Program-made: the position numbers and the translations under genes
Notes under the pieces: model-generated
Told to the model about the DNA's origin: nothing
Seen by the model: the letters and a program-made list of their open reading frames with translations, nothing else
The model's database searches: none
Virus record (IMG/VR): IMGVR_UViG_3300020057_000496
Coordinates: 64,001 to 128,000 of that record
Reading direction: 5' to 3' (one strand)
DNA from: a virus
Length of the DNA stretch: 64,000 bases
Shown here: positions 9,216 to 17,006 of the stretch, piece by piece
Layout: every line of letters starts with the position of its first letter
How positions within the stretch are numbered: the first letter of the stretch is position 1

Positions 9216-9446
9216 TCACACTAGTGGCTTAAAATCCAGGATATACGTCTTATTTCTACTACACCGGACCCACTGGTTCGGCTTCATGATCCTTTTTTTC
9301 CTAACTACGCACAGAGTAGTCCGAAGACTAATTCGATAATACAGTATATTGAGCGGCGCATTTTCTAGCTCAATATCGAACACGCATTTTTCTAACCCGT
9401 ATACCCCGGACACGACCAGGTAGCTCGTTCTGAGTTTATATAGCAT
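9216..9446 (-). CDS. MLYHIRTDY-family small protein (MLYKLRTSYL...)
   Basis: Motif variant. Confidence 0.8.
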   Translation of the reverse strand: MLYKLRTSYLVVSGVYGLEKCVFDIELENAPLNILYYRISLRTTLCVVRKKRIMKPNQWVRCSRNKTYILDFKPLV

Positions 9447-9624
9447 TATGGACCCGAAGGGGACAGAAGCATTATGGACCCGAAGGGGACAGAAGGATTA
9501 CGGACACGAAGCGGCCGGAAGGATTATTAAGACCGGCTAGTTACACAACTCTGATCCAATCCTTTTTAGCCCAAGAGTACCAATTGCGTCAAGCTCCGTC
9601 AAGCTCCGTCAAGCTCCGTCAAGC
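9442..9624. repeat. Second copy of 26-bp repeat / promoter-like module plus gtcaagctcc x3-4
   Basis: Matches 7939-8150. Confidence 0.85.
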
Positions 9625-9900
9625 TAGCAGGTAGAGGGACGGCAGCATGGTTGTGAGGATCTTGAGTCGCAGGTACTCCTCATCACGTAGGCCGCCGAAT
9701 TCTATATAGATCCTATTGATACAACCGGCCCCATGTTTATGCCTGACCAGACAAAGACGGAGCCTAAAGCGAGAGAGGCTATTTTCTTGATAGGGCAAAG
9801 CTAAGCTGAAACGGAACGCAAATCCATAATTCGAATAGTACATAACAAATAAAGGGTTATTTGGCATATGCAGGTAGTCTGTTTTAATGTGATACAACAT
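9619..9900 (-). CDS. MLYHIRTDY-family small protein (MLYHIKTDYL..., 93 aa)
   Basis: Shared motif; hairpin 2 nt upstream. Confidence 0.8.
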   Translation of the reverse strand: MLYHIKTDYLHMPNNPLFVMYYSNYGFAFRFSLALPYQENSLSRFRLRLCLVRHKHGAGCINRIYIEFGGLRDEEYLRLKILTTMLPSLYLLA

Positions 9901-9925
9901 GAGATGTTAATACTTCGACATCGAG

Positions 9926-10111
9926 CTATCTTACTCGAACCCACACAGGTCGGCCGTTTACCGTTGCCAGAATGCAATGCTTCTTAGTTATCTTATTATA
10001 GGCCAGATGTTCAAGTCCGTGTTCATCCCGGAACGCATCAAGAAACGCTGACATCACCCTGGACACGCTATACGTGGGCGTGAAGTAGTCTGTTCGAATA
10101 TGATATAACAC
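9926..10111 (-). CDS. MLYHIRTDY-family small protein, subfamily A
   Basis: GTG start; DAFRDEHGLEHLAYNKITKKH...WVRVR. Confidence 0.85.
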   Translation of the reverse strand: MLYHIRTDYFTPTYSVSRVMSAFLDAFRDEHGLEHLAYNKITKKHCILATVNGRPVWVRVR

Positions 10112-10189
10112 ATAGACACAAATAAGGAAAAGTTCACACGAAATAGTAACATTTTCCATTCATATTTCGCCAGGCCATAAGCGGGAGCA

Positions 10190-10260
10190 TTGACATCCTC
10201 CCCGCCCTAAAGGACGAGGATTCCTACTGCTAGCGTCGCATGCCCGCGACGGAGAATGTT
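10190..10260 (-). mobile_element. IS605-type right end / 3' part of omegaRNA scaffold
   Basis: Minus strand GGAATCCTCGTCCTTTAGGGCGGGGAGGATGTCAA hairpin ending in TCAA, overlapping the tnpB stop. Confidence 0.75.
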
Positions 10261-11262
10261 CTTGGCGGCATTCACATCACGATCGTGACGTGTGCCGCAC
10301 TCCGAACAAGTCCATTCCCTTATTCCAAGACATGTAATACCTTTCGGCCTCGACTCGGGGAGTGATCCGCAAGACGAGCATGTTTGGGTGGAGTACGCTT
10401 CGTTGACCTCAACGAACAACACGCCAGCGTTTTCGCTTTTGTAATGCAGCATTGTTCGGAACGACGACCAGCCTGCATCTAAGACGGACTTTGCCATTTT
10501 AGTTTTTGCAAGGCCGGAGGCGTTCACATTACCAACGAAGATCGCACCATTCTCACTCACGAGATTGGTGCTCAGTTTGTGCAGGAAGTCTTTCCTGCGG
10601 TTTGCTATTTGAGCGTGAATCGTTTTGACTTGTTTCGTCTTGTTAGCACGCTGCGCCGTTGCCAGCTTGACCTCTGCACCACGGTAAAGGCGCTGCGCTT
10701 CGATTTTCACGCCATTAGACATTGTAGCGAAGTCTTTCAAACCAAGATCAATGCCAACGGATGCAACGCCGGTCGATTTTGCTACAGCAACTTCGACGCA
10801 GATATTGGCGTACCAACGGCCACGAGTATCTTGGCTGAAACTGCCGGAACCTAATTTGTATTGGTCTAGTCCGTAACTATCCCATAACCCAAAGCACTGA
10901 CCCGCATAGCGTATCTGACCGCCTTTGTAGGCGATGCAGTCATGTCGGAATGGAATCCAGCCCAAGGACTTGCGCGCACCAAATGACGTGCGCCAGCGCA
11001 GCTTGGCTTTCTTGAACTGCTTGCGACGCGTAACTAGTTCAGCACCGATCATTTGTACCGATGCTGAATTGATTGACAATCCTTCCTTCGTTGCTCCTGC
11101 AGTATATTTTTGCAGGTCGTAACTACTGAAGAATTTACCAGTGCGTCGGAGGTGTTTATAGGATAGTTCATTGCAGTAATTCCACACCGTATTGACATCC
11201 AACGCCAAGGCATCGAGTGCCTTAGCGTGTTTGTCTTTGATACGGACTCGCAATGTTTTCAT
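10207..11262 (-). CDS. tnpB: IS200/IS605-family RNA-guided endonuclease TnpB
   Basis: RuvC-I VGIDLGLK, Zn ribbon TCSSCG...WTCSECG, RuvC-III HDRDVNAAKNI. Confidence 0.95.
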   Translation of the reverse strand: MKTLRVRIKDKHAKALDALALDVNTVWNYCNELSYKHLRRTGKFFSSYDLQKYTAGATKEGLSINSASVQMIGAELVTRRKQFKKAKLRWRTSFGARKSLGWIPFRHDCIAYKGGQIRYAGQCFGLWDSYGLDQYKLGSGSFSQDTRGRWYANICVEVAVAKSTGVASVGIDLGLKDFATMSNGVKIEAQRLYRGAEVKLATAQRANKTKQVKTIHAQIANRRKDFLHKLSTNLVSENGAIFVGNVNASGLAKTKMAKSVLDAGWSSFRTMLHYKSENAGVLFVEVNEAYSTQTCSSCGSLPESRPKGITCLGIREWTCSECGTRHDRDVNAAKNILRRGHATLAVGILVL

Positions 11263-11264
11263 GT

Positions 11265-11486
11265 TTAAACTAGGCGGACAATTGCATTAGCTTGAAGCAA
11301 CCAGGGAACACCACGCGACTGTTCTGGATGAATCAAGCAGTGGTCGTTATGACACTGATATAGCCCCTGGCGACTGTCGTCAGCCGAGAGGGGTTCTGCC
11401 CTTAACGCCGAGGTGAAGCTCGCCGAGATACAGGGAACGTAGTTCCGGTGCTTAGTCCAGTAGTCTGTTCGAATAGAATACAACAT
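11265..11486 (-). CDS. MLYHIRTDY-family small protein (MLYSIRTDYWTKHRNYVPC...)
   Basis: Shared motif. Confidence 0.85.
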   Translation of the reverse strand: MLYSIRTDYWTKHRNYVPCISASFTSALRAEPLSADDSRQGLYQCHNDHCLIHPEQSRGVPWLLQANAIVRLV

Positions 11487-11526
11487 CAATATCTCTCCAC
11501 GGAGGTGTGGATCACCATCGTCGTTT

Positions 11527-11709
11527 TCAAACGAGAACGACATAATCGTGGTTTTTATACGAGAACGATATACAGGCGCTCGTATCTCCCTGCCAATAAG
11601 TAAATAGCCTCAAGTTATACTCGCCAGTGTAATCTCGCATGGCACATAAGTTCTTTGTTGGGTCAAGGCCCACTGCCACAAAGTGGTCGGTTCTAATTTT
11701 ACACAGCAA
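11527..11709 (-). CDS. MLYHIRTDY-family small protein (MLCKIRTDHF...)
   Basis: TTG start; motif variant; hairpin tandem upstream. Confidence 0.7.
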   Translation of the reverse strand: MLCKIRTDHFVAVGLDPTKNLCAMRDYTGEYNLRLFTYWQGDTSACISFSYKNHDYVVLV

Positions 11710-11710
11710 G

Positions 11711-11810
11711 GTGAGGTGTCGATACTTCGATACCGTGAGGTGTCGATACTTCGATACCGTGAGGTGTCGATACTTCGATACCGTGAGTGTCGCACTTCGA
11801 TACCGAGGTG
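11711..11810. repeat. 24-bp tandem of the intergenic hairpin (gtgaggtgtcgatacttcgatacc x3 + variant)
   Basis: Directly visible. Confidence 0.9.
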
Positions 11811-11813
11811 AGA

Positions 11814-12041
11814 TCACCTAAAATAAACAGTAATATCTAAATCACTATTGATGATTCTAAATCTAGTTTTATGATATATACTGGAGTGCGTAGCGCTACT
11901 GGAGTGCGTAGCGCAACTGTCATTACGGCAGAACCTCATCTCGTACCGCAGGGGCCTCCCGGAATCAAAGGCCATCTCTAGACAATGAAGAAATGACGGA
12001 ACGTTCGCCACGAGATAGTCCGTTCTTATTATGTACAGCAC
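11814..12041 (-). CDS. MLYHIRTDY-family small protein (MLYIIRTDYL...)
   Basis: Shared motif; internal ATHSS duplication. Confidence 0.85.
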   Translation of the reverse strand: MLYIIRTDYLVANVPSFLHCLEMAFDSGRPLRYEMRFCRNDSCATHSSSATHSSIYHKTRFRIINSDLDITVYFR

Positions 12042-12043
12042 GG

Positions 12044-12253
12044 CTATCTTAACTCAACCCAGGCACTTAGTCTCCACGAAAACCACACAGAGCGGCGGGG
12101 CTTGAGCCCGCCCGGACGTCCACTGAAATCATGCGCGGAATCCACATTTAGGAACAAGTCTCCGGTGCCGTTCATGTCGGCAAAGGCTCGCAGATTGATT
12201 CCTGGCACGTCAGATGTCGTGCTTAAATAATCCGTTCTGATGTGGTACAACAT
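12044..12253 (-). CDS. MLYHIRTDY-family small protein, distant subfamily B
   Basis: LRAFADMNGTGDLFLNVDS...VWFSW...WVELR. Confidence 0.85.
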   Translation of the reverse strand: MLYHIRTDYLSTTSDVPGINLRAFADMNGTGDLFLNVDSAHDFSGRPGGLKPRRSVWFSWRLSAWVELR

Positions 12254-12332
12254 ACCCTAAATAAAATATAACATTACGGATACGGAGTAGACGTAAGGAC
12301 CACGAACACTCAGCGTCGAGTCGTACTTCGAT

Positions 12333-12421
12333 TCATCGGAAATCCTCTCGGCGGAGACCGGGGCAGAACGTTGTCATCACTTGGCGGAAAGCCCCAGCCT
12401 TCAGGCCGGGGAAGACGTTAC
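12333..12421 (-). mobile_element. IS200/IS605-end-like hairpin element, homologous to 56358-56434
   Basis: Minus strand taacgtcttccccggcctgaaggctggggctttcc...ggtctccgccgagaggatttccgatga. Confidence 0.6.
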
Positions 12422-12989
12422 CAGCGCGACGAAGCCGGTCCCACTCGGCTTGCACCTCCGGCAGCGATGACGTTGCCGCGTCCGCGTCGCCGAGCGGCTC
12501 GAGCGCGCGCCGACGAACGCTGTACGTCTTTCCGGTCCCGGGCGGCCCGTACAGGATGATGTTCGACGCCGGGCCAGTCGGCGTGTAGGTCTTCGCGGGC
12601 GTAGCGGTGGCGACCGTGTTGGTCTGCACGTCGCGCAGGATGGCGTCGATGCCGATCTTGAACTGCTGTGCCTCGGCCTCCGTGATCTCGCGCAGCTCCG
12701 GCGCCGCCGACAACTCCGGCGCCTGCATCATCGGTAGCCGGCGCCAGTAGAGTTGCGTCTCCTTCCCGCCGTCGAGCGCCAGCACGCGGGCGAGCGCGAC
12801 GACGCTATCGCCATCATGCAGAGCGATCACGTGGCCCGCGCGGATGCCCTCTTGAAAGAGCTTCGACGGTACGGCGTACGACGCGGGCAAGTCGCTCACG
12901 CGCACCTCGTCCTTCGCGGCGAGTTGGGCCCGCTGCTCGGCGGGCGCGATGTCCTTTAGAGGTACGAACCAGAAGCGGGCGTTACTCAT
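12422..12989 (-). pseudogene. McrB-like AAA+ GTPase, truncated shortly after Walker A
   Basis: MSNARFWFV...NIILYGPPGTGKTY...WDRLRRAG then runs into the hairpin element; start overlaps the MTase stop. Confidence 0.7.
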
Positions 12990-15963
12990 CGCTCGCCCTC
13001 TCACTGCCAAACAGGCTCGACCAGCCGCCTGCGCGTTCAATGCATTGATCGATCTCGCTCGAGACCTCAACGAGTCGACCGCAGGCCTCAACGATCGAGC
13101 GGAAGGTGGCGATCTCCTCGTCAGACAGCGAACGCTCGTTCTTGCGCCGATCGTCGAGCCACTTATGACAGACCTGATAGGCCCCGATGGTAAACTCCCA
13201 CGAGGCAACGGGAACGGCGTCGAAGTAGCTCGTCGCGTTGATGAACAGACGCCCCTGCGACGCGCTGGGTGCCGTGAGTCGCATGGTCTTACCCCCCTCG
13301 CCGACCTTGGTTACTTCGCGGTCCGCGCCGTTGAACTTCGCCAACGCCCTAGGCGCCGCTACCTCCAACAAGTATGCGGACGCGAGCTGTCCTCCAAGCT
13401 CGCTCAGCTCGTGAAACGCGACCAACGTCGGGGGGACCGGAATCTTCGGGAAGTCCACCTGCAGCATGTCCAGGTACCGTTTCCGGTACTCAGGCGAGTG
13501 CAGGATCGCGACGATGTAGTCGAAGAGCAGTTCCGGCCACGAAGTCACTCCGCGAGAGGTCGGCCACTTGCTGCGTGGGCCAAGCGTCTGCTCGAAGCGC
13601 GCCACAGCACTCTCCGCGAAGTTGGCGACGCGGAGTGCTCCATCGGCCTCCGGGCTCAAGTACAGAGGGAACGCGTAGCCACGCTCCCTGCTCCTATTGG
13701 AGACGCAACTGTCATCGACGATGCGGTCGGCTACCAGCACATGGCTCCAAGTTGGGCTGACGATCTGGCGACAGACCATGAGGCAGCGATTGGTGGCCAC
13801 GGGGCGAAGATGAACAAAGACATCTTCCCGCGGCCAGTCGACCATCCAAGGCGCGTAGTAGACGTGCCGCGTGTCGAAGGGCCTGTAGAGGCACGGCTCG
13901 GGGCGAGTGCGCCACTGCCGGTCAGCCGCCACCTTCTTTCGAGCCTCGGAGAGTTTCCATCCCCTGGTATCGCCCGGCGGATATTTGCCTTCGCTTCGTT
14001 CTCCGAAAAAGCGGGAGCGAACTGCCGCATCGCTGACGGACGCGTCGCGAAAATCCTCGATGCGGTCGAGAAGGCTTTCGGCATCGAAGTCGACCACCAA
14101 ACCGTCGCGCGCGGTGATGAGCCCAGTCGTCGAGGTGGCCATCAGGTCGGTCACTTTGATGAACGTGGCAAAGTCTGCGCTTCCTCCCGCCTGCCACGGG
14201 AAGAAGAAGTAGTAGGGAGTGGAGGGCGCAAGCGCTGCGAGCCGGCCAGCGCCGGCCTCCAGCAGCGCCAGCTTCTCTTTCCTCACTCCCCAGACGTCTC
14301 GATGAAGCACGACAGACGTCGGAGCGGTGGACGAGGAAGGCGTCGCGCTGCGGACCATGATGGCGATCGCAACGCCCTGCTGAATCTGGAAGACGTTCTC
14401 GTCGGTGACCCCTTTCGGCATGCGTCGGCGATTCTTCGTGCTCCCATTCAGATCGATCACCTTAATTCGAGGGAACGTGCGCATGAGTTGCTGACGCATT
14501 CCTCGGAACGTCGGGTTGGAGAGGTAGCCGTTGTTCGTGACCATTCCCACGACGCCGAGCCCGGAGCACTCGATCCGCCACTGCGCCATACGGATGAACT
14601 TTACGTAGTCATCGTTCAGCCAGAGCTTCTTCTCGCCAAGCGACTGCCCATCGACCTCGTAGTAGCTGCCCGTCGCTTGGTCGGACGGCGACACGCCCTT
14701 CAACAGCCCGACGATCCATCCTCCGTTGTTCTGTGAGACGGCAGCGTACGGCGGGTTGCCGACGACCACGGTGATGGCCGCGCGAACCTTGGTTTCCTCC
14801 GCTAGGCGGGACTCGTCGGCCACATTCGCGCCCAGCATTTCGAGTTGCTTGCCGGTGTGCGGTTCGAGCGAGTTCGTAAGGAACACCCGCAGTCGATCGT
14901 TCTTCGCGAACGTGAAGCCGGTCTCCTGCAGCGCGAGGCCGAGCCGCAGGTGGCTTACGATGTATGGCGCCATCATCAGCTCGAAGCCGTTGATGCGCGG
15001 GAGCAGATCACGGCGGACGTAGCCGACCCACGCCTTCTTTGCGGCCTCCTCGTCGAGTCCCTGCTTCTTGAACTCGGCCTGCATCGTTTCGTGGATGACC
15101 TCGATGACGCGCAGGAGGAACGTGCCCGTGCCGAGCGCCGGGTCGAGCACCTGGACGAACGCAGCCTTCGGGTCGACGCCCTCGGGCACGCTGAGGTTCT
15201 TCGCCTTGGCGAAGGCCGCCCACGTCGTCGTGTCGGCGAGGCCGAGCGGAAGACCGAAGTCGCTCCGCAACGACGCGTGCGCCGTGCGCACGATGTAGCT
15301 GACCACCTCGTCGGGCGTGTAGTAGACGCCCTGGTCCCTGCGGAGCTGAGGGTCGTAGGCGTCGAGGAAGTCTTCGTAGAAGTGGATCGACGGGTCGCGC
15401 TTCTGGTCGCGGAAGACCTGCGCCACCGAGGTCCGCGCGAGCAGGCTCGTGATGTCGTCGAGCAGCCACGAGAGGTTCTTGTCGAAGTTGGAGTTGACCA
15501 GCTTGTCGAACAGGTCCTTGAGGAACGCGCTCGTCTCGGGGAGCAGATCCTTCAGGTTCTTGCGCGTGAACAGCGGGCTCTCGCTCCTCGAGATCCAGCG
15601 CGCGGCCAACATGCCGTAGGTGACGGTTTGCGCGTAGGCGTCGGCGAACTTCTCGACGCTGAGGGTCGCGAGCGCCTGATTGCAAATGTCGAAGAGCTGT
15701 TTCAGTGGGCCACCCCCGCGCGCGATCTCGCGCTCCAGCTCCTCGATCGCGATCGCCTTCAAATGGCGGGCACGCCAGGCGAGTTCGGTGGCGAGCTGGG
15801 CAGGCTTCTCAACCGCGCGCGGCACCGAAGCCGTGCCGTCGCTATCACTGCCGAAGACGTCGTCGCCGCTGAACGCAGCGCTCGAGGCCTTCTTCTGCGC
15901 TCGTTTTGGGGCAGCCGGTGCACCGTCGAGAATGCGGCGGACGAACTCTTCTTTGCTCAGCAT
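12982..15963 (-). CDS. N6-adenine DNA methyltransferase with C-terminal specificity domain (type IIG / type ISP-like); N-terminal nuclease apparently absent
   Basis: GVYYTPDEVV, motif I VLDPALGTGTF, motif IV VGNPPY, C-terminal YRPFD and WEFTIGAYQVCHKWL. Confidence 0.85.
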   Translation of the reverse strand: MLSKEEFVRRILDGAPAAPKRAQKKASSAAFSGDDVFGSDSDGTASVPRAVEKPAQLATELAWRARHLKAIAIEELEREIARGGGPLKQLFDICNQALATLSVEKFADAYAQTVTYGMLAARWISRSESPLFTRKNLKDLLPETSAFLKDLFDKLVNSNFDKNLSWLLDDITSLLARTSVAQVFRDQKRDPSIHFYEDFLDAYDPQLRRDQGVYYTPDEVVSYIVRTAHASLRSDFGLPLGLADTTTWAAFAKAKNLSVPEGVDPKAAFVQVLDPALGTGTFLLRVIEVIHETMQAEFKKQGLDEEAAKKAWVGYVRRDLLPRINGFELMMAPYIVSHLRLGLALQETGFTFAKNDRLRVFLTNSLEPHTGKQLEMLGANVADESRLAEETKVRAAITVVVGNPPYAAVSQNNGGWIVGLLKGVSPSDQATGSYYEVDGQSLGEKKLWLNDDYVKFIRMAQWRIECSGLGVVGMVTNNGYLSNPTFRGMRQQLMRTFPRIKVIDLNGSTKNRRRMPKGVTDENVFQIQQGVAIAIMVRSATPSSSTAPTSVVLHRDVWGVRKEKLALLEAGAGRLAALAPSTPYYFFFPWQAGGSADFATFIKVTDLMATSTTGLITARDGLVVDFDAESLLDRIEDFRDASVSDAAVRSRFFGERSEGKYPPGDTRGWKLSEARKKVAADRQWRTRPEPCLYRPFDTRHVYYAPWMVDWPREDVFVHLRPVATNRCLMVCRQIVSPTWSHVLVADRIVDDSCVSNRSRERGYAFPLYLSPEADGALRVANFAESAVARFEQTLGPRSKWPTSRGVTSWPELLFDYIVAILHSPEYRKRYLDMLQVDFPKIPVPPTLVAFHELSELGGQLASAYLLEVAAPRALAKFNGADREVTKVGEGGKTMRLTAPSASQGRLFINATSYFDAVPVASWEFTIGAYQVCHKWLDDRRKNERSLSDEEIATFRSIVEACGRLVEVSSEIDQCIERAGGWSSLFGSERASDE

Positions 15964-16045
15964 GCTTCCTCACTCGGTCTCACGGGCACAGTCTCGTCGA
16001 GGCGACGAAGCTGAAGGATTCGAAAGCCACTGACTAACAAATACC

Positions 16046-16255
16046 CTATCTGAGGTATATATAGCATGCCGGGCTTACCTTTTTCCGATCGTAGAGCCAA
16101 TTAGCATGCGGCAGCCCACTGTGCGCCCAGCCGTTACATAATTTAAGCGACGGACAGTGACTAAATACCCTGTCTGTGTCGACGAACGCCCCGACGGTAC
16201 AGGACCCCTGATAGGAGAGCGCCACGATATAGTCTGTTCGAATGTGATATAGCAT
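16046..16255 (-). CDS. MLYHIRTDY-family small protein
   Basis: Exact motif MLYHIRTDY. Confidence 0.85.
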   Translation of the reverse strand: MLYHIRTDYIVALSYQGSCTVGAFVDTDRVFSHCPSLKLCNGWAHSGLPHANWLYDRKKVSPACYIYLR

Positions 16256-16312
16256 TACTAGACAAATTTCTATAAAACGAGCTTCCGTACATCTGCACAG
16301 CAGACAGAAGGA

Positions 16313-16549
16313 CTAGCGCATCCTGAACCAGTACCTACCTCCACAACCCAATACGTCCCCGATACTAGGGACAATAGTCTCGTCCGTATCGTTATGTATG
16401 CCGAATTTCGTTTTTATCGAACCTAATATAAGGGTATACCCTACGGTCATGTTCGAGTAGCTGTCGGCAGTAAATGCTAACTGACGGTTCCCGTCCGCCC
16501 TGATGTTACGAAACTGAGTCCAGTAGTCAGTTCTGAGACGGTATAGCAC
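16313..16549 (-). CDS. MLYHIRTDY-family small protein (MLYRLRTDYWTQ...WFRMR)
   Basis: Shared motif. Confidence 0.8.
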   Translation of the reverse strand: MLYRLRTDYWTQFRNIRADGNRQLAFTADSYSNMTVGYTLILGSIKTKFGIHNDTDETIVPSIGDVLGCGGRYWFRMR

Positions 16550-17006
16550 TGGCGTTCAATTCTCCGATTAACCGTAGGGCCTTCTGTGGAACGAAGTAAG
16601 CCTCCTCGCGACCGCCGTACTCCTGCAGGAACGCCCCGTCCTTGGCTTGGTCTGAATGAATCCAGCCGCGCACGACATAGCCTGGGGCTTGGCCTGTTAC
16701 AAGGACATAGACACCGGAAGGATCACCTTTTCGAACAATGAGTTCATAGGAGTGCCGGGACCGTGTTCGGACATAAACCGGGCCAACGTCCGGGCGCTTG
16801 AAGGTATCCACGCTGGAGTCATAGTACCACCCGACCGCCTTCGCAAAGGCCATCTCGCCGCACGCGCCTTCGAGGTGATACTGCCACGCCATGTCCCCCT
16901 TGCCGCCGTGTTTATCTTCTACCTGCCTGGACAGCGCCGAGACGTGTCGCATCACGCCGACGAGTGCACCGGCCATTACCTCGCTACTTGTTAATTTGAC
17001 GTTCAC
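16527..17006 (-). CDS. Conserved phage hypothetical protein (possibly PD-(D/E)XK-like)
   Basis: EGACGEMAFAK...PDVG...VRT pattern common in phage proteins. Confidence 0.6.
   Translation of the reverse strand: MNVKLTSSEVMAGALVGVMRHVSALSRQVEDKHGGKGDMAWQYHLEGACGEMAFAKAVGWYYDSSVDTFKRPDVGPVYVRTRSRHSYELIVRKGDPSGVYVLVTGQAPGYVVRGWIHSDQAKDGAFLQEYGGREEAYFVPQKALRLIGELNASAIPSQN

Noticed and set aside
12949-16014. Long plus-strand ORFs 12949..14736 and 14845..16014
   Set aside because: Antisense shadows of the GC-rich methyltransferase gene
4118-16549. CRISPR array (recurrent tagtctgttcgaat..gata.agca motif with unique intervening sequence)
   Set aside because: Intervals are 150-300 nt and irregular, the repeat varies synonymously and opens ORFs, and no cas operon is present
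4118-16549. Diversity-generating retroelement or classical integron
   Set aside because: No reverse transcriptase or tyrosine integrase in the window, no TR/VR pair with adenine-specific changes, and no attC R-box pattern seen
4118-16549. RiPP precursor cluster (shared leader, variable core)
   Set aside because: No modifying enzyme, peptidase or exporter nearby; a 9-aa leader is short and the bodies look like small folded domains. Not fully excluded
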